A stretch of DNA of 64,000 nt from an uncultured Bacilli bacterium (GTDB taxonomy: Bacteria > Bacillota_I > Bacilli_A > RF39 > UBA660), in NCBI GenBank assembly GCA_947588685.1, contig CANPYM010000004.1:1091-65090 (forward strand), given 5' to 3'. The translations under genes and the position numbers were made by a program. The notes beneath the pieces are model-generated. The model did no database searches. It was given only the letters and a program-made list of their open reading frames with translations, and was not told the DNA's origin. Of the stretch, positions 9,639-20,450 are shown piece after piece (within the stretch, counting starts at the first letter, position 1; the number at the start of each line of letters is the position of its first letter).

Positions 9639-11010
9639 TTTACTAAAAAATGAGATTACAAAAGTTATCAAGAAAAAAAGTTTTTTAATTATGGTTATAG
9701 TAATGTTTGGATATGCTCTTTTAACTAATATTATCTATTTAACTTTAAGTAATGTTGATGAAGTGGAATTTGCCCAAAATGTAGCGAGCACGATTGACGA
9801 TGACAATCTTGATCCAGAAACTAAAGCTTATAATGAAGCTTTAAAAGAAACTTATGATTTGGCTCAAAAGTATGAAAAGTCATCTTGGCAATATAATTAC
9901 GTTATAACTTATGATTATGATAACTTAGAGACCATTCATCTTTATGAAGCCTCTCAATTGTTTGATTCTAAAATCTATAATGAGGCTAAAGAAAAGCATG
10001 AAAAGATTGTTTCGCTATTAAAAGAAGATGATTGGAAAAGTGTTGTTAAAATTGAAATGGACGAGTTAAAAGAAGCATTTGAAGAGGGCGATTATACCAA
10101 AGAAGAGTATGATATTAAATTAGAATGTTTAAAGATGCGTTTAGATCAAAATATTTCTTATGCAAATAGTTATCAAAATGACAATCTGATTAATTATGAA
10201 GAAAGTAAAATATCTTTATTGGGATATGCTAACGTTGATAAATTAGACGCCGGAGATAAAGAATTTTATCAGGAGCGAAGAGAGACTTATTTAACTAGTG
10301 AATATGCTTTAAAACATAATCTTAATATTACATCAGAAATTAGTCTTCAATCAGTTCTAATGAATTTCTTTGATGAGTTTATGCTTATGATTATCATTAT
10401 GGTATTTATGATAGCTGGATCAATCATGAGTAATGAGTATAATAATGGTACAATTAAACTTTTGCTTGTAAGACCATATAGTCGTATTAAAATATTACTT
10501 AGTAAATATATAACAGTATTAATTTGTATCCTAATAGCTATCTTAATAATGGTTATTGCTGAACTCTTAATTGGTGGGGTGACATTGGGATTCTCTTCAT
10601 TATCAAATCCAGCTTTATACTATAATGCTAAACTTGATACCCTTCAAACATATAATATTTTTGCTTATTTAGGATTAAATATTATTGGTCAATTACCTAA
10701 TTTAATTATTTTAGCTACATTAGCATTTGCTATTAGTACCATTTTCTCTAATACAGCTTTAGCAATTATTATGGGTTTTGTTGGCCAGTTTGTTGGTAGT
10801 TTATTTAGTACTTTTGCAACATCTGATATATGGTGGATTAAATATATTATTTCGCTTAATTGGAACTGGACACCATATTTATTTAAATCTACCCCTAGTA
10901 TTGAAGGAATGTCTTTTATCTTTTCGTTTGTTATTTGTCTAATTTTCCTTTTAGCGATGATTATACCAACATTCTTAATTTTTAAGCATAAAGATATTGT
11001 TAATGTTTAA
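9631..11010 (+). CDS. ABC-2 type exporter permease with large extracellular loop
   Basis: EYNNGTIKLLLVRPYSR..ILLSK motif, multiple TM segments. Confidence 0.88.
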   Translation: MINLLKNEITKVIKKKSFLIMVIVMFGYALLTNIIYLTLSNVDEVEFAQNVASTIDDDNLDPETKAYNEALKETYDLAQKYEKSSWQYNYVITYDYDNLETIHLYEASQLFDSKIYNEAKEKHEKIVSLLKEDDWKSVVKIEMDELKEAFEEGDYTKEEYDIKLECLKMRLDQNISYANSYQNDNLINYEESKISLLGYANVDKLDAGDKEFYQERRETYLTSEYALKHNLNITSEISLQSVLMNFFDEFMLMIIIMVFMIAGSIMSNEYNNGTIKLLLVRPYSRIKILLSKYITVLICILIAILIMVIAELLIGGVTLGFSSLSNPALYYNAKLDTLQTYNIFAYLGLNIIGQLPNLIILATLAFAISTIFSNTALAIIMGFVGQFVGSLFSTFATSDIWWIKYIISLNWNWTPYLFKSTPSIEGMSFIFSFVICLIFLLAMIIPTFLIFKHKDIVNV

Positions 11011-11085
11011 ACGTGAAAGGTATGGCTCATACCTTTTTCGTTGCAACTTTATATAATTTTTTATATAATATATTTAGTGGTGTTT

Positions 11086-12339
11086 ATGGTTAGTTATAAG
11101 AGGTATATTAAATTTGCTTTAGTTATTGTAGGTATTCTTTTAATTGTTTTTGGTTGTGTCCATTTCTTATCAAAAGGATACACTAATAATTATGTACTTA
11201 AAGATACATATAATATTAAAGAGATATATACAAAAGATGAGCAGAATGAACATGATAATTATTATCTAGAGATTACCCCACCATCAGGAACGACTTATAA
11301 TTATCAGTTTTATCATGAATTTGATAATAATAATCAAATTGTTGATGATGTCGTTTACTATGATGGTGAGTATCGTTGCTTACTACCTATTTTAAAAGAT
11401 GGCGTTAAAGTTGATTTTGTCTGCTACAAGGATGGTGTTTATACTAATTATCAAGCATTAGTTGGTGTTGATGAGGATTTAGATAATTACATATCAAAGC
11501 TAGATAAAAAAGTATATGATTCTAAGATGTTTAAGGATGATGAGACAAACGCTAAAGAAGAAAATAAAATAACTTATTACCCTAAAAACATTCCTGATGG
11601 TTATATTATTGCTCTATCAACTTTAAAAGGAATTGTTATTGTCTCTGATGGTGAGACGAAAAGCGTTGACATCTTTGATGAAGATATCTATAAACGAGAG
11701 ATAAGTGCCTTTAATGAAAACTACTATATAACTGCTGATTATAGTGATAATCAAAATTTCCGGGTTTTTTATGTTGTTGACTTAATAACTGGTAAAGAGA
11801 AAATTTTAAAAGCCCCTGATAATATCTCTTTTGATGCATATATCCAAGGCTTTGTTGGGAATAAGGCATATGTATACGATGTCAATAATGAAAAACAATA
11901 TGAAATTGATTTGGATAATGGCGAGATTAAAGCAATTGGTAGTGCTAGTAGAGGTATTAGCTATTATGATGGCAAATGGTCTTATATAACAGCCGTTAAG
12001 GCTAACAATAAGCTTTTATTCAAAACTTCTAAAGAAACATATACAAATTACGCATCTTTTGATAAAATAGGTAATAAGTTATCCGGTTTTTATTACTTCT
12101 ATGAAAAAGATGAAGATGTATACAATGTATATCGTAGTTTTGTTCAATGGAAAAAATTACGCCGGAAACTATTTACTGTTGATGATTATCGTGAACTAGC
12201 TTTTGAAGAAGATTATATCTTCTATAAAGATGGTGATACCATCAAAATGTATAGTGACTATACCGGTATTAAAACAGTTGTTAAGACAAGTGAATTATCT
12301 TTTAATGAGAACACTTTGTTTGGCGTATATAAAAAATAA
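11086..12339 (+). CDS. hypothetical membrane-anchored extracellular protein
   Basis: Single N-terminal TM, beta-rich. The annotated TTG at 11041 is better read as a -35 box (TTGCAA-17-TATAAT). Confidence 0.7.
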   Translation: MVSYKRYIKFALVIVGILLIVFGCVHFLSKGYTNNYVLKDTYNIKEIYTKDEQNEHDNYYLEITPPSGTTYNYQFYHEFDNNNQIVDDVVYYDGEYRCLLPILKDGVKVDFVCYKDGVYTNYQALVGVDEDLDNYISKLDKKVYDSKMFKDDETNAKEENKITYYPKNIPDGYIIALSTLKGIVIVSDGETKSVDIFDEDIYKREISAFNENYYITADYSDNQNFRVFYVVDLITGKEKILKAPDNISFDAYIQGFVGNKAYVYDVNNEKQYEIDLDNGEIKAIGSASRGISYYDGKWSYITAVKANNKLLFKTSKETYTNYASFDKIGNKLSGFYYFYEKDEDVYNVYRSFVQWKKLRRKLFTVDDYRELAFEEDYIFYKDGDTIKMYSDYTGIKTVVKTSELSFNENTLFGVYKK

Positions 12340-12415
12340 TTAAGGGTGATATAGTGAAAATAAAACGATGGTGCCTTTTATAGTTATTTTAAATAAATTA
12401 TAGAAGGAGAGATTT

Positions 12416-13432
12416 ATGAAAACAATTATAACTGGCGATCGTCCAACAGGGCGTTTGCATTTAGGCCACTATTTTGGGTCTGTTAAAAGTCGTGTTGATT
12501 TACAATACGATTATGATACATATATTTTAATAGCTGATGTTCAAGCTTTAACGGATAATTTTGAAGCACCCGAAAAGGTACGCAAGAATGTTCATGAACT
12601 TGCACTTGATTATTTGGCAGCAGGGATTGATCCTAAACATAGCCATATCTATATTCAATCATTAATTCCCGAGGTAGCTGAACTAACAGTTTACTATTCG
12701 AATCTTGTTTCGGTAGCGCGTCTTTATCGTAATCCGACGACTAAAAATGAGGTTAGTCAAAAACAAGAATTATTCGGTGAGAAAGGTGAAAGTATTACCT
12801 ATGGCTTTTTAGGATATCCTGTAAGCCAAGCTGCTGATATAACGGCCTTAGATGGTGATTTAGTACCTGTTGGTGAAGATCAGTTACCACATATTGAACA
12901 AACGAGAGAAATTGTAAGAAAGTTTAATCATATTTATGGTGAGACTTTAAAGGAACCTAGTGCTTACTTAAGTATGACGCCACGAATCAAAGGGTTAGAT
13001 GGCAATGAGAAAATGAGCAAGAGTTTAAATAATGCTATTTATCTTGCTGATACAGAAGAGGAAATCTTAAAAAAAGTTATGAGTGCAGTAACGGATCCTA
13101 ACAAAATTAAAAAAGATGATCCGGCTAACCCCGATGTTTGTATGGTATATTACTACCATAAATTAATTAATAATAATGTTGATACAATTTGCGCAGAATG
13201 TAAGAAAGGCGCAAGGGGCTGCGTTGCTTGTAAGAAAGAGTTAGCTAAAGCTTTAACTGAGTATTTAAGACCAATGCAAGAGCGTCGTCATTACTATGAA
13301 GAACATCCTGAAGAAGTAGATACTATTTTAAAAGAGGGTACTAAAGCCGCTAAAAAAAGAGCTGAAGAAGTAATGATGCGTGTAAGAGAACATATGAAAT
13401 TAGATTATTTTGAAAATAATCTTGATAAGTAG
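12416..13432 (+). CDS. trpS: tryptophan--tRNA ligase
   Basis: GDRPTGRLHLGH, YPVSQAADI, VPVGEDQ, KMSKS motifs. Confidence 0.97.
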   Translation: MKTIITGDRPTGRLHLGHYFGSVKSRVDLQYDYDTYILIADVQALTDNFEAPEKVRKNVHELALDYLAAGIDPKHSHIYIQSLIPEVAELTVYYSNLVSVARLYRNPTTKNEVSQKQELFGEKGESITYGFLGYPVSQAADITALDGDLVPVGEDQLPHIEQTREIVRKFNHIYGETLKEPSAYLSMTPRIKGLDGNEKMSKSLNNAIYLADTEEEILKKVMSAVTDPNKIKKDDPANPDVCMVYYYHKLINNNVDTICAECKKGARGCVACKKELAKALTEYLRPMQERRHYYEEHPEEVDTILKEGTKAAKKRAEEVMMRVREHMKLDYFENNLDK

Positions 13433-13445
13433 CGTAAAATATTAT

Positions 13446-13492
13446 AAAAACAATAGAATTCTGTTGACTTTTCTATTGTTTTTTAGTACAAT
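13446..13492 (+). promoter_or_regulatory. trpS terminator hairpin overlapping the rplM sigmaA promoter
   Basis: AAAAACAATAGAA...TTCTATTGTTTTTT hairpin; TTGACT(13464)-17-TACAAT(13487). Confidence 0.75.
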
Positions 13493-13498
13493 TCTAGT

Positions 13499-13560
13499 TG
13501 GTACATTTTATTAATCCCACATTTAGTAAGTCCTGGGAAAACTTACTTTATGTAATGGAG
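13499..13560 (+). ncRNA. L13 leader (ribosomal protein leader RNA)
   Basis: 5' UTR of rplM-rpsI with an AGTAAGT-CCTGGGAA-AACTTACT stem resembling the Firmicutes L13 leader. Confidence 0.65.
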
Positions 13561-13571
13561 AAAGGATATTT

Positions 13572-14006
13572 ATGAAAAATTCATATATGCAAAAAAAAGA
13601 AGATGTAGTACGTAATTGGTATGTTATCGACGCTACGGGTGTTAGCCTAGGTCGTTTAGCTGCTAAAGCATCTAACGTATTACAAGGAAAGCATAAACCT
13701 ACATATACACCACATGTTGATTGCGGTGATTGTGTAATCGTTATTAATGCTTCTAAAGTTAACCTAACAGGTAACAAATTAGATGACAAGATTTATTATA
13801 ACCATAGTGGTTATACTGGTGGCTTAAGAGAAAGAACAGCTCGTGATATGGTTGAAAAATACCCAGTTGAAATGATTGAAAGAGCTGTTAAAGGTATGCT
13901 ACCAAAAACAAGATTAGGACGTCAAATGTATAAAAAATTATTCGTATATGCTGGTGAGGAGCATCCACATATGGCTCAAAAACCAGAAGTTATGGAAGTT
14001 AAATAG
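13572..14006 (+). CDS. rplM: 50S ribosomal protein L13
   Basis: [31 protein letters not shown] motifs. Confidence 0.99.
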   Translation: MKNSYMQKKEDVVRNWYVIDATGVSLGRLAAKASNVLQGKHKPTYTPHVDCGDCVIVINASKVNLTGNKLDDKIYYNHSGYTGGLRERTARDMVEKYPVEMIERAVKGMLPKTRLGRQMYKKLFVYAGEEHPHMAQKPEVMEVK

Positions 14007-14017
14007 GAGGGTTAGGT

Positions 14018-14428
14018 ATGGCAAAAGTATATTGCGGAACAGGTCGAAGAAAATCATCAGTTGCTCAAGTTAAAATGACGGCTGGTAAAGGAAAAATTAC
14101 TGTTAATGGTCGTGATGTAAGAGATTTCTTACCATACGAAACTCAAGTTATGGATTTAATGCAACCATTAGTTGCAACGAATAACGAAAATACATTTGAT
14201 ATCGAAGTAAAAGTTACAGGTGGTGGCTCTACAGGAGCAACGGGTGCTATTCGTTTAGGTATTACGCGTGCACTTCTTGAATACGATGCTGCTAACGAAG
14301 GTAATGAAGATAGTTACCGTGCCATTTTAAAAAGAGCTGGTTTTGTAACTCGTGACTCACGTGCTAAAGAACGTAAGAAACCAGGTTTAAAAGCTGCTCG
14401 TCGTGCACCACAATTCTCAAAGAGATAA
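14018..14428 (+). CDS. rpsI: 30S ribosomal protein S9
   Basis: GTGRRK; [20 protein letters not shown]-terminus. Confidence 0.99.
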   Translation: MAKVYCGTGRRKSSVAQVKMTAGKGKITVNGRDVRDFLPYETQVMDLMQPLVATNNENTFDIEVKVTGGGSTGATGAIRLGITRALLEYDAANEGNEDSYRAILKRAGFVTRDSRAKERKKPGLKAARRAPQFSKR

Positions 14429-14454
14429 GAAGAACCCATTTTTATGGGTTTTTT
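14428..14454 (+). terminator. intrinsic terminator
   Basis: AAGAACCCAT-TTTT-ATGGGTTTTTT. Confidence 0.75.
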
Positions 14455-14514
14455 GTTGCTCTAAAATATATAAAAAAAGTAAATTATGATATAATCATAC
14501 TAGGATGTGATGAT

Positions 14515-15285
14515 ATGAAATTAGAAGAATTCGATGAGACTAGAGTTGCAACGATTGAACCATCAGAGGCTGAAAGTGTTGTTCCTAATATGCCTAAGAT
14601 TGGTATTACATGTTTTTCTAAAAAATTAATTGATCATTATGTCGAGATATTTAATGGTGAAAAAATTGCGGAGTTAGCTAATGCTAATGGGCGCATTCCT
14701 GTCTATAAAATCCATTATCAGGGACACGAGTTTGCTTTATTTATGAGCCGCGTTGGCGCTCCTGCATGCGTCATTTCTTATGAAGAGATGATTGCTAAGG
14801 GCCTAGACAAATTAATTATGTTTGGCACTTGTGGTGTATTGGATAAAAATATCGAGGACTTGGCTATTATTATTCCAACATCAGCTATTCGTGATGAAGG
14901 TACCAGTTATCACTATATGAAAGCCAGTGATGAAGTAAGTGTTAATGATAAATATCGGGCGGATTTTATTCATATTTTAAATCATAATCAAGTTACCTAT
15001 GTCGAGGGTAAGACGTGGACAACTGATGCTGCATATCGCGAGACGCGATCTAAAGTTCAAAGACGGAAACAAGAAGATTGTATTTGTGTCGATATGGAAT
15101 GTTCTGCTATGAGTGCTGTTAGTAAGTTCCGCGGTAAAGATTTGTTTCAATTTTTCTATGCTGCCGACAATTTAGATAGTGCTACTTGGGATAAACGTAG
15201 TTTAGAATGTGACGACCGTTTAGCCGAAAAAGAAAAAATAATCTATTTAGCTCTCGACTTAGCTATGAAAATAGCTCAAGAATAA
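14515..15285 (+). CDS. nucleoside phosphorylase (PNP/UDP family 1)
   Basis: VGAP, FGTCG, RDEGTSYHY, WTTDA.YRET, VDME motifs. Confidence 0.9.
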   Translation: MKLEEFDETRVATIEPSEAESVVPNMPKIGITCFSKKLIDHYVEIFNGEKIAELANANGRIPVYKIHYQGHEFALFMSRVGAPACVISYEEMIAKGLDKLIMFGTCGVLDKNIEDLAIIIPTSAIRDEGTSYHYMKASDEVSVNDKYRADFIHILNHNQVTYVEGKTWTTDAAYRETRSKVQRRKQEDCICVDMECSAMSAVSKFRGKDLFQFFYAADNLDSATWDKRSLECDDRLAEKEKIIYLALDLAMKIAQE

Positions 15286-15351
15286 TTTTATAGTTTGTAT
15301 AAAATAAAAGTTATGTTATAATATGATGGCTATATTGAAAAGAGGAAGATT

Positions 15352-16986
15352 ATGAAAATAAAAACTGTATCAGGAACGCCAGAGTCATTTAAGGATTTTT
15401 TTCCACCTGAAGAGTTGTTTCATCCCGATTCATTTTATGATAGTGAATGGACTTTAGGTGGTGGTTATGATTTAGATGAACCTGAAGTTGATATGTTAGT
15501 TATCAATGCTAAAGAGATAAATGGTAAGAATGCTTATCTAGAGTTTTTGGATAAACATTACTTTAAACCTTTACGTTCAGCGATTGTATCATCAATTCCC
15601 ATTAAGAATTTTTATCCTAAAATTGCTCTTAATGTCGACTATGACAAAGGTGAAAGAAGAGTAGCTTTTTCCTATGGCCAATTTGTTCGTCAATTAATGC
15701 TTAGTTTGATAAACATTAAGTATGCCCAGGAAGCTTTCGGAGAAGTAAAAGATGATTCGTATGAATATGTTATTAATGTAGCTAGAACTTTTTTGCGCGA
15801 TGAACTTAAACGATTAAATGATGTTAAAGAACATTTACAAGCGTCAAAATATTATCGTGACGCGAAAGAAAACTATGATTACTTCTTAAAAGAAACCCAA
15901 AAATATGTTTCTTTTCCAACTTTTCTTCAACTAAAAATTGACTCAACTAGTTCCTTAATTTTTTCTTTAAAATTTTGTGGCAATATTTTTAATAAGAGTC
16001 TTGATGAACAAGCCCTTGTAGATTGCTTTGATTATGATAAGCTTTGTCTTATGGCTTGCTACAGTGCTTTAGATGCCTGTGCCTTTACGGAAAAGACGAC
16101 TAATCTTGTTGATGGTAGTGCGACATATGTAAGTAAATATCTATATGTTGTTGATTTATATAGGAAAATAGAACCTAATTATAATCCTTTTGCTATCGTT
16201 ATTGATCATAAAACAGGAAAGAAAAAAGTTATTCACATTGAAGACATCAAAAAAGCTTATGATCAATTGATTAGTCGGCATCCTGACTATGGTGTTGTTA
16301 TGACTGATACCCATAAAATCATAATGATTTTAAAAGCTAATGGTTATACTGATGAAGAGATTGAAGCTTTTGATACAAGTAAAAAGAAAGATCAAGAAAC
16401 CTTAGAAAAATTATATGAAAAATTTGAGGCTGATCGTGAGTTAGCAGCCAACTGGGAGTTTATGCCTAAAGGTGAAGATGAAAAGGAAAGAGAACCTTCT
16501 TCTAAACCTCGTCATCATTTAGAAGGGGCATCAGCCGCTTCAACTGAAAGAGCACGTCGTTTAGCTATCGGTTGGGAATATTTAGCAGCATCAAACTATT
16601 TGTATCATTTATCAGGTATTAATAAATTTGCTGGCTATCATGCTTATATCTATCCGACGAAAAAGGTTGTCTTTGAAGCGATGGAAAATGATAAGTCATC
16701 TTTTGTACCATCAACGGCAACCTATATTATGACTTTGGATAATTTTATTGAATTATCAAAATTAAGTAAACCAGAAATTATTGCTTTAATGAAAGGTGAT
16801 AGCATCGGTTCAACACCAATTAATGTTAGAAGACTTTATCATCGTGAGAATATGGAACGTTGGAAGCAAGATTTAGCGCGAGCTATCAGTGGTCAAGAAT
16901 ATACGCATGAAGTAAAAACGTATATTGATGCTTTACTTAGTGAAGAACAATTACGAAGAGGAGGTCGTCAGAATGTCCTTAGCTAG
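15352..16986 (+). CDS. hypothetical protein (544 aa)
   Basis: Long ORF with its own promoter and RBS; no named family recognised. Confidence 0.7.
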   Translation: MKIKTVSGTPESFKDFFPPEELFHPDSFYDSEWTLGGGYDLDEPEVDMLVINAKEINGKNAYLEFLDKHYFKPLRSAIVSSIPIKNFYPKIALNVDYDKGERRVAFSYGQFVRQLMLSLINIKYAQEAFGEVKDDSYEYVINVARTFLRDELKRLNDVKEHLQASKYYRDAKENYDYFLKETQKYVSFPTFLQLKIDSTSSLIFSLKFCGNIFNKSLDEQALVDCFDYDKLCLMACYSALDACAFTEKTTNLVDGSATYVSKYLYVVDLYRKIEPNYNPFAIVIDHKTGKKKVIHIEDIKKAYDQLISRHPDYGVVMTDTHKIIMILKANGYTDEEIEAFDTSKKKDQETLEKLYEKFEADRELAANWEFMPKGEDEKEREPSSKPRHHLEGASAASTERARRLAIGWEYLAASNYLYHLSGINKFAGYHAYIYPTKKVVFEAMENDKSSFVPSTATYIMTLDNFIELSKLSKPEIIALMKGDSIGSTPINVRRLYHRENMERWKQDLARAISGQEYTHEVKTYIDALLSEEQLRRGGRQNVLS

Positions 16987-17437
16987 TTATATTATGGATG
17001 CTTTTCTTAAAGAAGAAGATGTTATTAAAGAATTACTTGCTATTGATAATCAAGTTTGTATGACGACGCTAACTTATGATGAGTTATATAAGCAACTTAA
17101 TGATGCCTCACCACTTAATGATCTTAACTATGATTGTGTTATGTTAACTGATGGGGATCCAGATACGGTATATGAAGCTTTAGTCAATAACGCTTGTAAC
17201 ATTTTAAGTTTACATATTGATAATAGCTTTTTAGGAATTAATAAATGGCTTGTTAATCAAGCTTATAAGTATTATGGAGATCAGGATATTAGCCTTAAAT
17301 TAACGCTTGATGAAACCGATAACTATAGTAAATATAAGGGTATTCAAACTAAAATAGTCATCTATGGCTTTGATGAGTTTGCCTTTGGGACTAAAGAATT
17401 ATTTGACGGTCAAGATGTCTTAATTGTAAGTAGATAG
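16973..17437 (+). CDS. hypothetical protein, possibly a degenerate aldehyde-dehydrogenase/ProA-like fragment
   Basis: ATG after GAGGAGG; weak resemblance in VMLTDGDPDTV. Family call is tentative. Confidence 0.5.
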   Translation: MSLASYIMDAFLKEEDVIKELLAIDNQVCMTTLTYDELYKQLNDASPLNDLNYDCVMLTDGDPDTVYEALVNNACNILSLHIDNSFLGINKWLVNQAYKYYGDQDISLKLTLDETDNYSKYKGIQTKIVIYGFDEFAFGTKELFDGQDVLIVSR

Positions 17438-17446
17438 GATGGTTTT

Positions 17447-18190
17447 ATGTTAGAAGATAAAATTGCTATTGTAACAGGGGGAACACGTGGAATTGGTTTA
17501 GCAATCGTAAGAAAGTTCCTAGATAACGGAGCTAAAGTCATTTTGCTTGGCAGTCGTGAAGAGAGTGTCAATAAAGCAATCGATTTACTACGCAATGAAA
17601 ATGAAACTTATGAAGTAACCGGTTATTATCCCAATTTATGTAAAGAGAGTGAAGTCGATGAAATGTTTAAAGATGTCATCGATAAATATGGCCGTATTGA
17701 CATTTTAGTTAATAATGCTGGTGTTACATCGACAACCCCAATTGAGGAATATACGATTGAAGATTATGATAAAACAATGGATATTAATACTAAAGCTACC
17801 TTTGTTTGTTCTAAAGGAGTCGTTAAGTATATGAAAGAAGAGGGGAAAGGCGCTATTATCAACACTAGTTCGATGGTAAGCTTATATGGACAACCTCGTG
17901 GCGTTGCCTATCCGATGTCTAAATATGCTGTAAATGGCTTAACGAAATCCTTAGCCCGGGAACTTGGTAAATATAATATTCGCGTTAATGCTGTTAGCCC
18001 TGGTGTAACTAATACGGATATGGTAGCTAATTTACCTAAAGAGTATATTGAACCGCTTCTTAAAACGATTCCTTTAGGAAGAATTGGTGAACCTGAAGAA
18101 CTTGCCAATGCCTATTTGTTCTTGGCAAGTGACCTAGCTTCTTATATAACGGGAGCTATCCTACAAGTAGATGGGGCGGCGATGAATTAA
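17447..18190 (+). CDS. SDR oxidoreductase, probable bile-acid 3alpha-hydroxysteroid dehydrogenase
   Basis: [41 protein letters not shown]. Resembles BaiA/R. gnavus-type 3alpha-HSDH (recalled, not aligned). Confidence 0.75.
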   Translation: MLEDKIAIVTGGTRGIGLAIVRKFLDNGAKVILLGSREESVNKAIDLLRNENETYEVTGYYPNLCKESEVDEMFKDVIDKYGRIDILVNNAGVTSTTPIEEYTIEDYDKTMDINTKATFVCSKGVVKYMKEEGKGAIINTSSMVSLYGQPRGVAYPMSKYAVNGLTKSLARELGKYNIRVNAVSPGVTNTDMVANLPKEYIEPLLKTIPLGRIGEPEELANAYLFLASDLASYITGAILQVDGAAMN

Positions 18191-18816
18191 TGAATAAAGA
18201 TATATTAAGAGATTTATCATATGGTGTCTATGTTATTAGTAGTAAAAAAGATAAGCGAGATGTTGGATGTATCGCTAATAGCGTGATGCAAATAACATCA
18301 AATCCGGTAACACTAGCTATAAGTATTAATGTTGATAACTTTACGAATCAAGCTATTAAAGAAAGTGAAGAGTTTGTCTGTATGGTTTTACCAAATGATA
18401 TTGATAATAATGTTATTGGAACGTTTGGTTTTAAGACAAGTGCGGAAGTAGATAAGTTTGAAAAGATGGACACAGTTGAAGTAGATGGCTATCCTATTTT
18501 AAAAGATGCCATTGGTTATATGCGGTGTAAATTAATTAAACAAGTCGATATGAATACGCATACTATTTTTGTCGGTGAAGTTATTAGTTCAGATAAACTT
18601 AATACGAAAGAACCGATGACATATGCTTATTATCATCAAGTCAAAAAAGGTAAAAGTCCAGCTAAAGCTCCAACATATATTGAAGAAGAGGTATCAGGCA
18701 AAAAGAGGTATGTTTGTCCTATTTGTGGCTATGTCTATGAAGAAGGCGAAATGCCTGATGATTTCGTTTGTCCTATTTGTGGCGCACCTAAAAAAGTCTT
18801 TAAAGAGGTATCATAA
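18190..18816 (+). CDS. flavin reductase-rubredoxin fusion (high-molecular-weight rubredoxin type)
   Basis: [24 protein letters not shown]-terminal CPICG..CPICG. Confidence 0.9.
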   Translation: MNKDILRDLSYGVYVISSKKDKRDVGCIANSVMQITSNPVTLAISINVDNFTNQAIKESEEFVCMVLPNDIDNNVIGTFGFKTSAEVDKFEKMDTVEVDGYPILKDAIGYMRCKLIKQVDMNTHTIFVGEVISSDKLNTKEPMTYAYYHQVKKGKSPAKAPTYIEEEVSGKKRYVCPICGYVYEEGEMPDDFVCPICGAPKKVFKEVS

Positions 18817-18872
18817 CCTCTTTTATTTTAAAATAAAAAAATGTATGATATACTAATGACGAGGGGATAAGT

Positions 18873-19748
18873 ATGTTACGTGTAAGTGATGAATGGCAAG
18901 ATTATGAATGCTTGGATGCCGGAAATGGTGAGAAACTAGAGCGTTGGAAAGACGTTATTTTAAGACGTCCTGATCCTCAAGCAATGTGGTTAGTCGATAT
19001 GAAAACCTCGCTATGGAATAATCCTGACGGCCAATATTTTCGTAGTAATAAAGGTGGTGGCCATTGGGAGTTTCATAAAGAACTTAAGGATTATTGGACC
19101 GTTTCATATAAAGAATTGACTTTTAAAGTTAGTCCAACTAATTTTAAACATACAGGTCTCTTCCCTGAACAAGCCGCCAACTGGGACTTTATGATGGATA
19201 AAATAAGAAAAGCTAACCGCCCTATTCGGGTTTTAAATCTTTTTGCGTATACAGGAGCAGCGACAATGGCTTGTGCGAAAGCTGGCGCCACGGAAGTTGT
19301 TCAAGTTGATGCTTCTAAAGGTATGACAGAGTGGGCTAAAGAAAATATGCATTTAAGTAACTTAGATGACTGTCATATCCGTTTTATCGTTGATGATTGT
19401 TTAAAGTTTGTCGAACGTGAAGCGCGCCGTGGTCGCAAGTATGATGCCATTGTTATGGATCCACCTAGTTATGGTCGGGGACCTAATGGCGAGGTATGGA
19501 AGTTTGAACATAATCTTGATAAATTAATTAATGCTTGTATGAATATTTTAAGCGATAAGCCTCTATTCTTTTTAATTAATGCCTATACAACGGGAATCTC
19601 TAGTACTGTTTTATATAACATTTTAAAAATGACCTTGGACGTTAAATATCAAGGCGAAGTCGATGCTGGTGAGATTGGTCTTCGCATTACGAATAACAAT
19701 TTAATATTACCTTGTGGTATTTATGGAAGATGGCAGAGCAATGATTGA
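18873..19748 (+). CDS. class I SAM-dependent methyltransferase (RlmI/RlmK-like)
   Basis: FKHTGLFPEQ, VLNLFAYTG, MDPPSYG motifs. Confidence 0.88.
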   Translation: MLRVSDEWQDYECLDAGNGEKLERWKDVILRRPDPQAMWLVDMKTSLWNNPDGQYFRSNKGGGHWEFHKELKDYWTVSYKELTFKVSPTNFKHTGLFPEQAANWDFMMDKIRKANRPIRVLNLFAYTGAATMACAKAGATEVVQVDASKGMTEWAKENMHLSNLDDCHIRFIVDDCLKFVEREARRGRKYDAIVMDPPSYGRGPNGEVWKFEHNLDKLINACMNILSDKPLFFLINAYTTGISSTVLYNILKMTLDVKYQGEVDAGEIGLRITNNNLILPCGIYGRWQSND

Positions 19749-20391
19749 TGTTTTATATGAAGATAATCATATTATCGTCGTCATTAAAAAGGTCAATGTT
19801 CCAACCCAAGCTGATGATAGTAAAGATTTAGATATGCAAACGATGATTAAGAATTATTTAAAAGAAAAATATCATAAACCAGGGAACGTCTATTTAGGTA
19901 TTGTTCATCGTTTGGATCGCCCGGTTGGTGGGGTGATGGTCTTTGCTAAAACAAGTAAAGCGGCATCAAGGCTAAGTGAAGAAGTAAGAACTCATCAACT
20001 AACTAAGAAATATTATGCTGTTGTTTTAAATGCGATAGAAGATAAAGCTACTTTAAAAGATTACCTTTTAAAAGATAATAAAACTAATATGGTTAGTGTT
20101 AATGATAAGGGAAAAGAAGCCGTTTTAAACTTTGAAAAAGTCGCGACGAAAGATAATTTAAGCCTTGTTAGTATTGATTTAAAAACAGGTAGATCCCATC
20201 AAATTCGTGTTCAAATGTCGCATCATGGTAATCCTTTGTATGGTGATCAAAGATATAATAAAGAAGCTAAGGTTGGGGAACAAATTGCCTTGTTTGCCTA
20301 TTCTTTATCTTTTCATCATCCGATAACCAAAGAGGTAATGACTTTTAATTTACCTCTACCTAATCAATATCCATTTAGTTTATTTAAATAG
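19741..20391 (+). CDS. RluA-family pseudouridine synthase
   Basis: VHRLDR, TGRSHQIR, GDQRY motifs. Confidence 0.93.
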   Translation: MIDVLYEDNHIIVVIKKVNVPTQADDSKDLDMQTMIKNYLKEKYHKPGNVYLGIVHRLDRPVGGVMVFAKTSKAASRLSEEVRTHQLTKKYYAVVLNAIEDKATLKDYLLKDNKTNMVSVNDKGKEAVLNFEKVATKDNLSLVSIDLKTGRSHQIRVQMSHHGNPLYGDQRYNKEAKVGEQIALFAYSLSFHHPITKEVMTFNLPLPNQYPFSLFK

Positions 20392-20450
20392 AAATATCAG
20401 TTTGAACTGATATTTTTTTAGTATCCATCATAAAATGTATTAGGTGAGAT

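Noticed and set aside
12340-12415. Possible T-box or leader before trpS
   Set aside because: Only ~75 nt, with no GGTACC/GGCACC T-box or stem I; only a weak imperfect hairpin.
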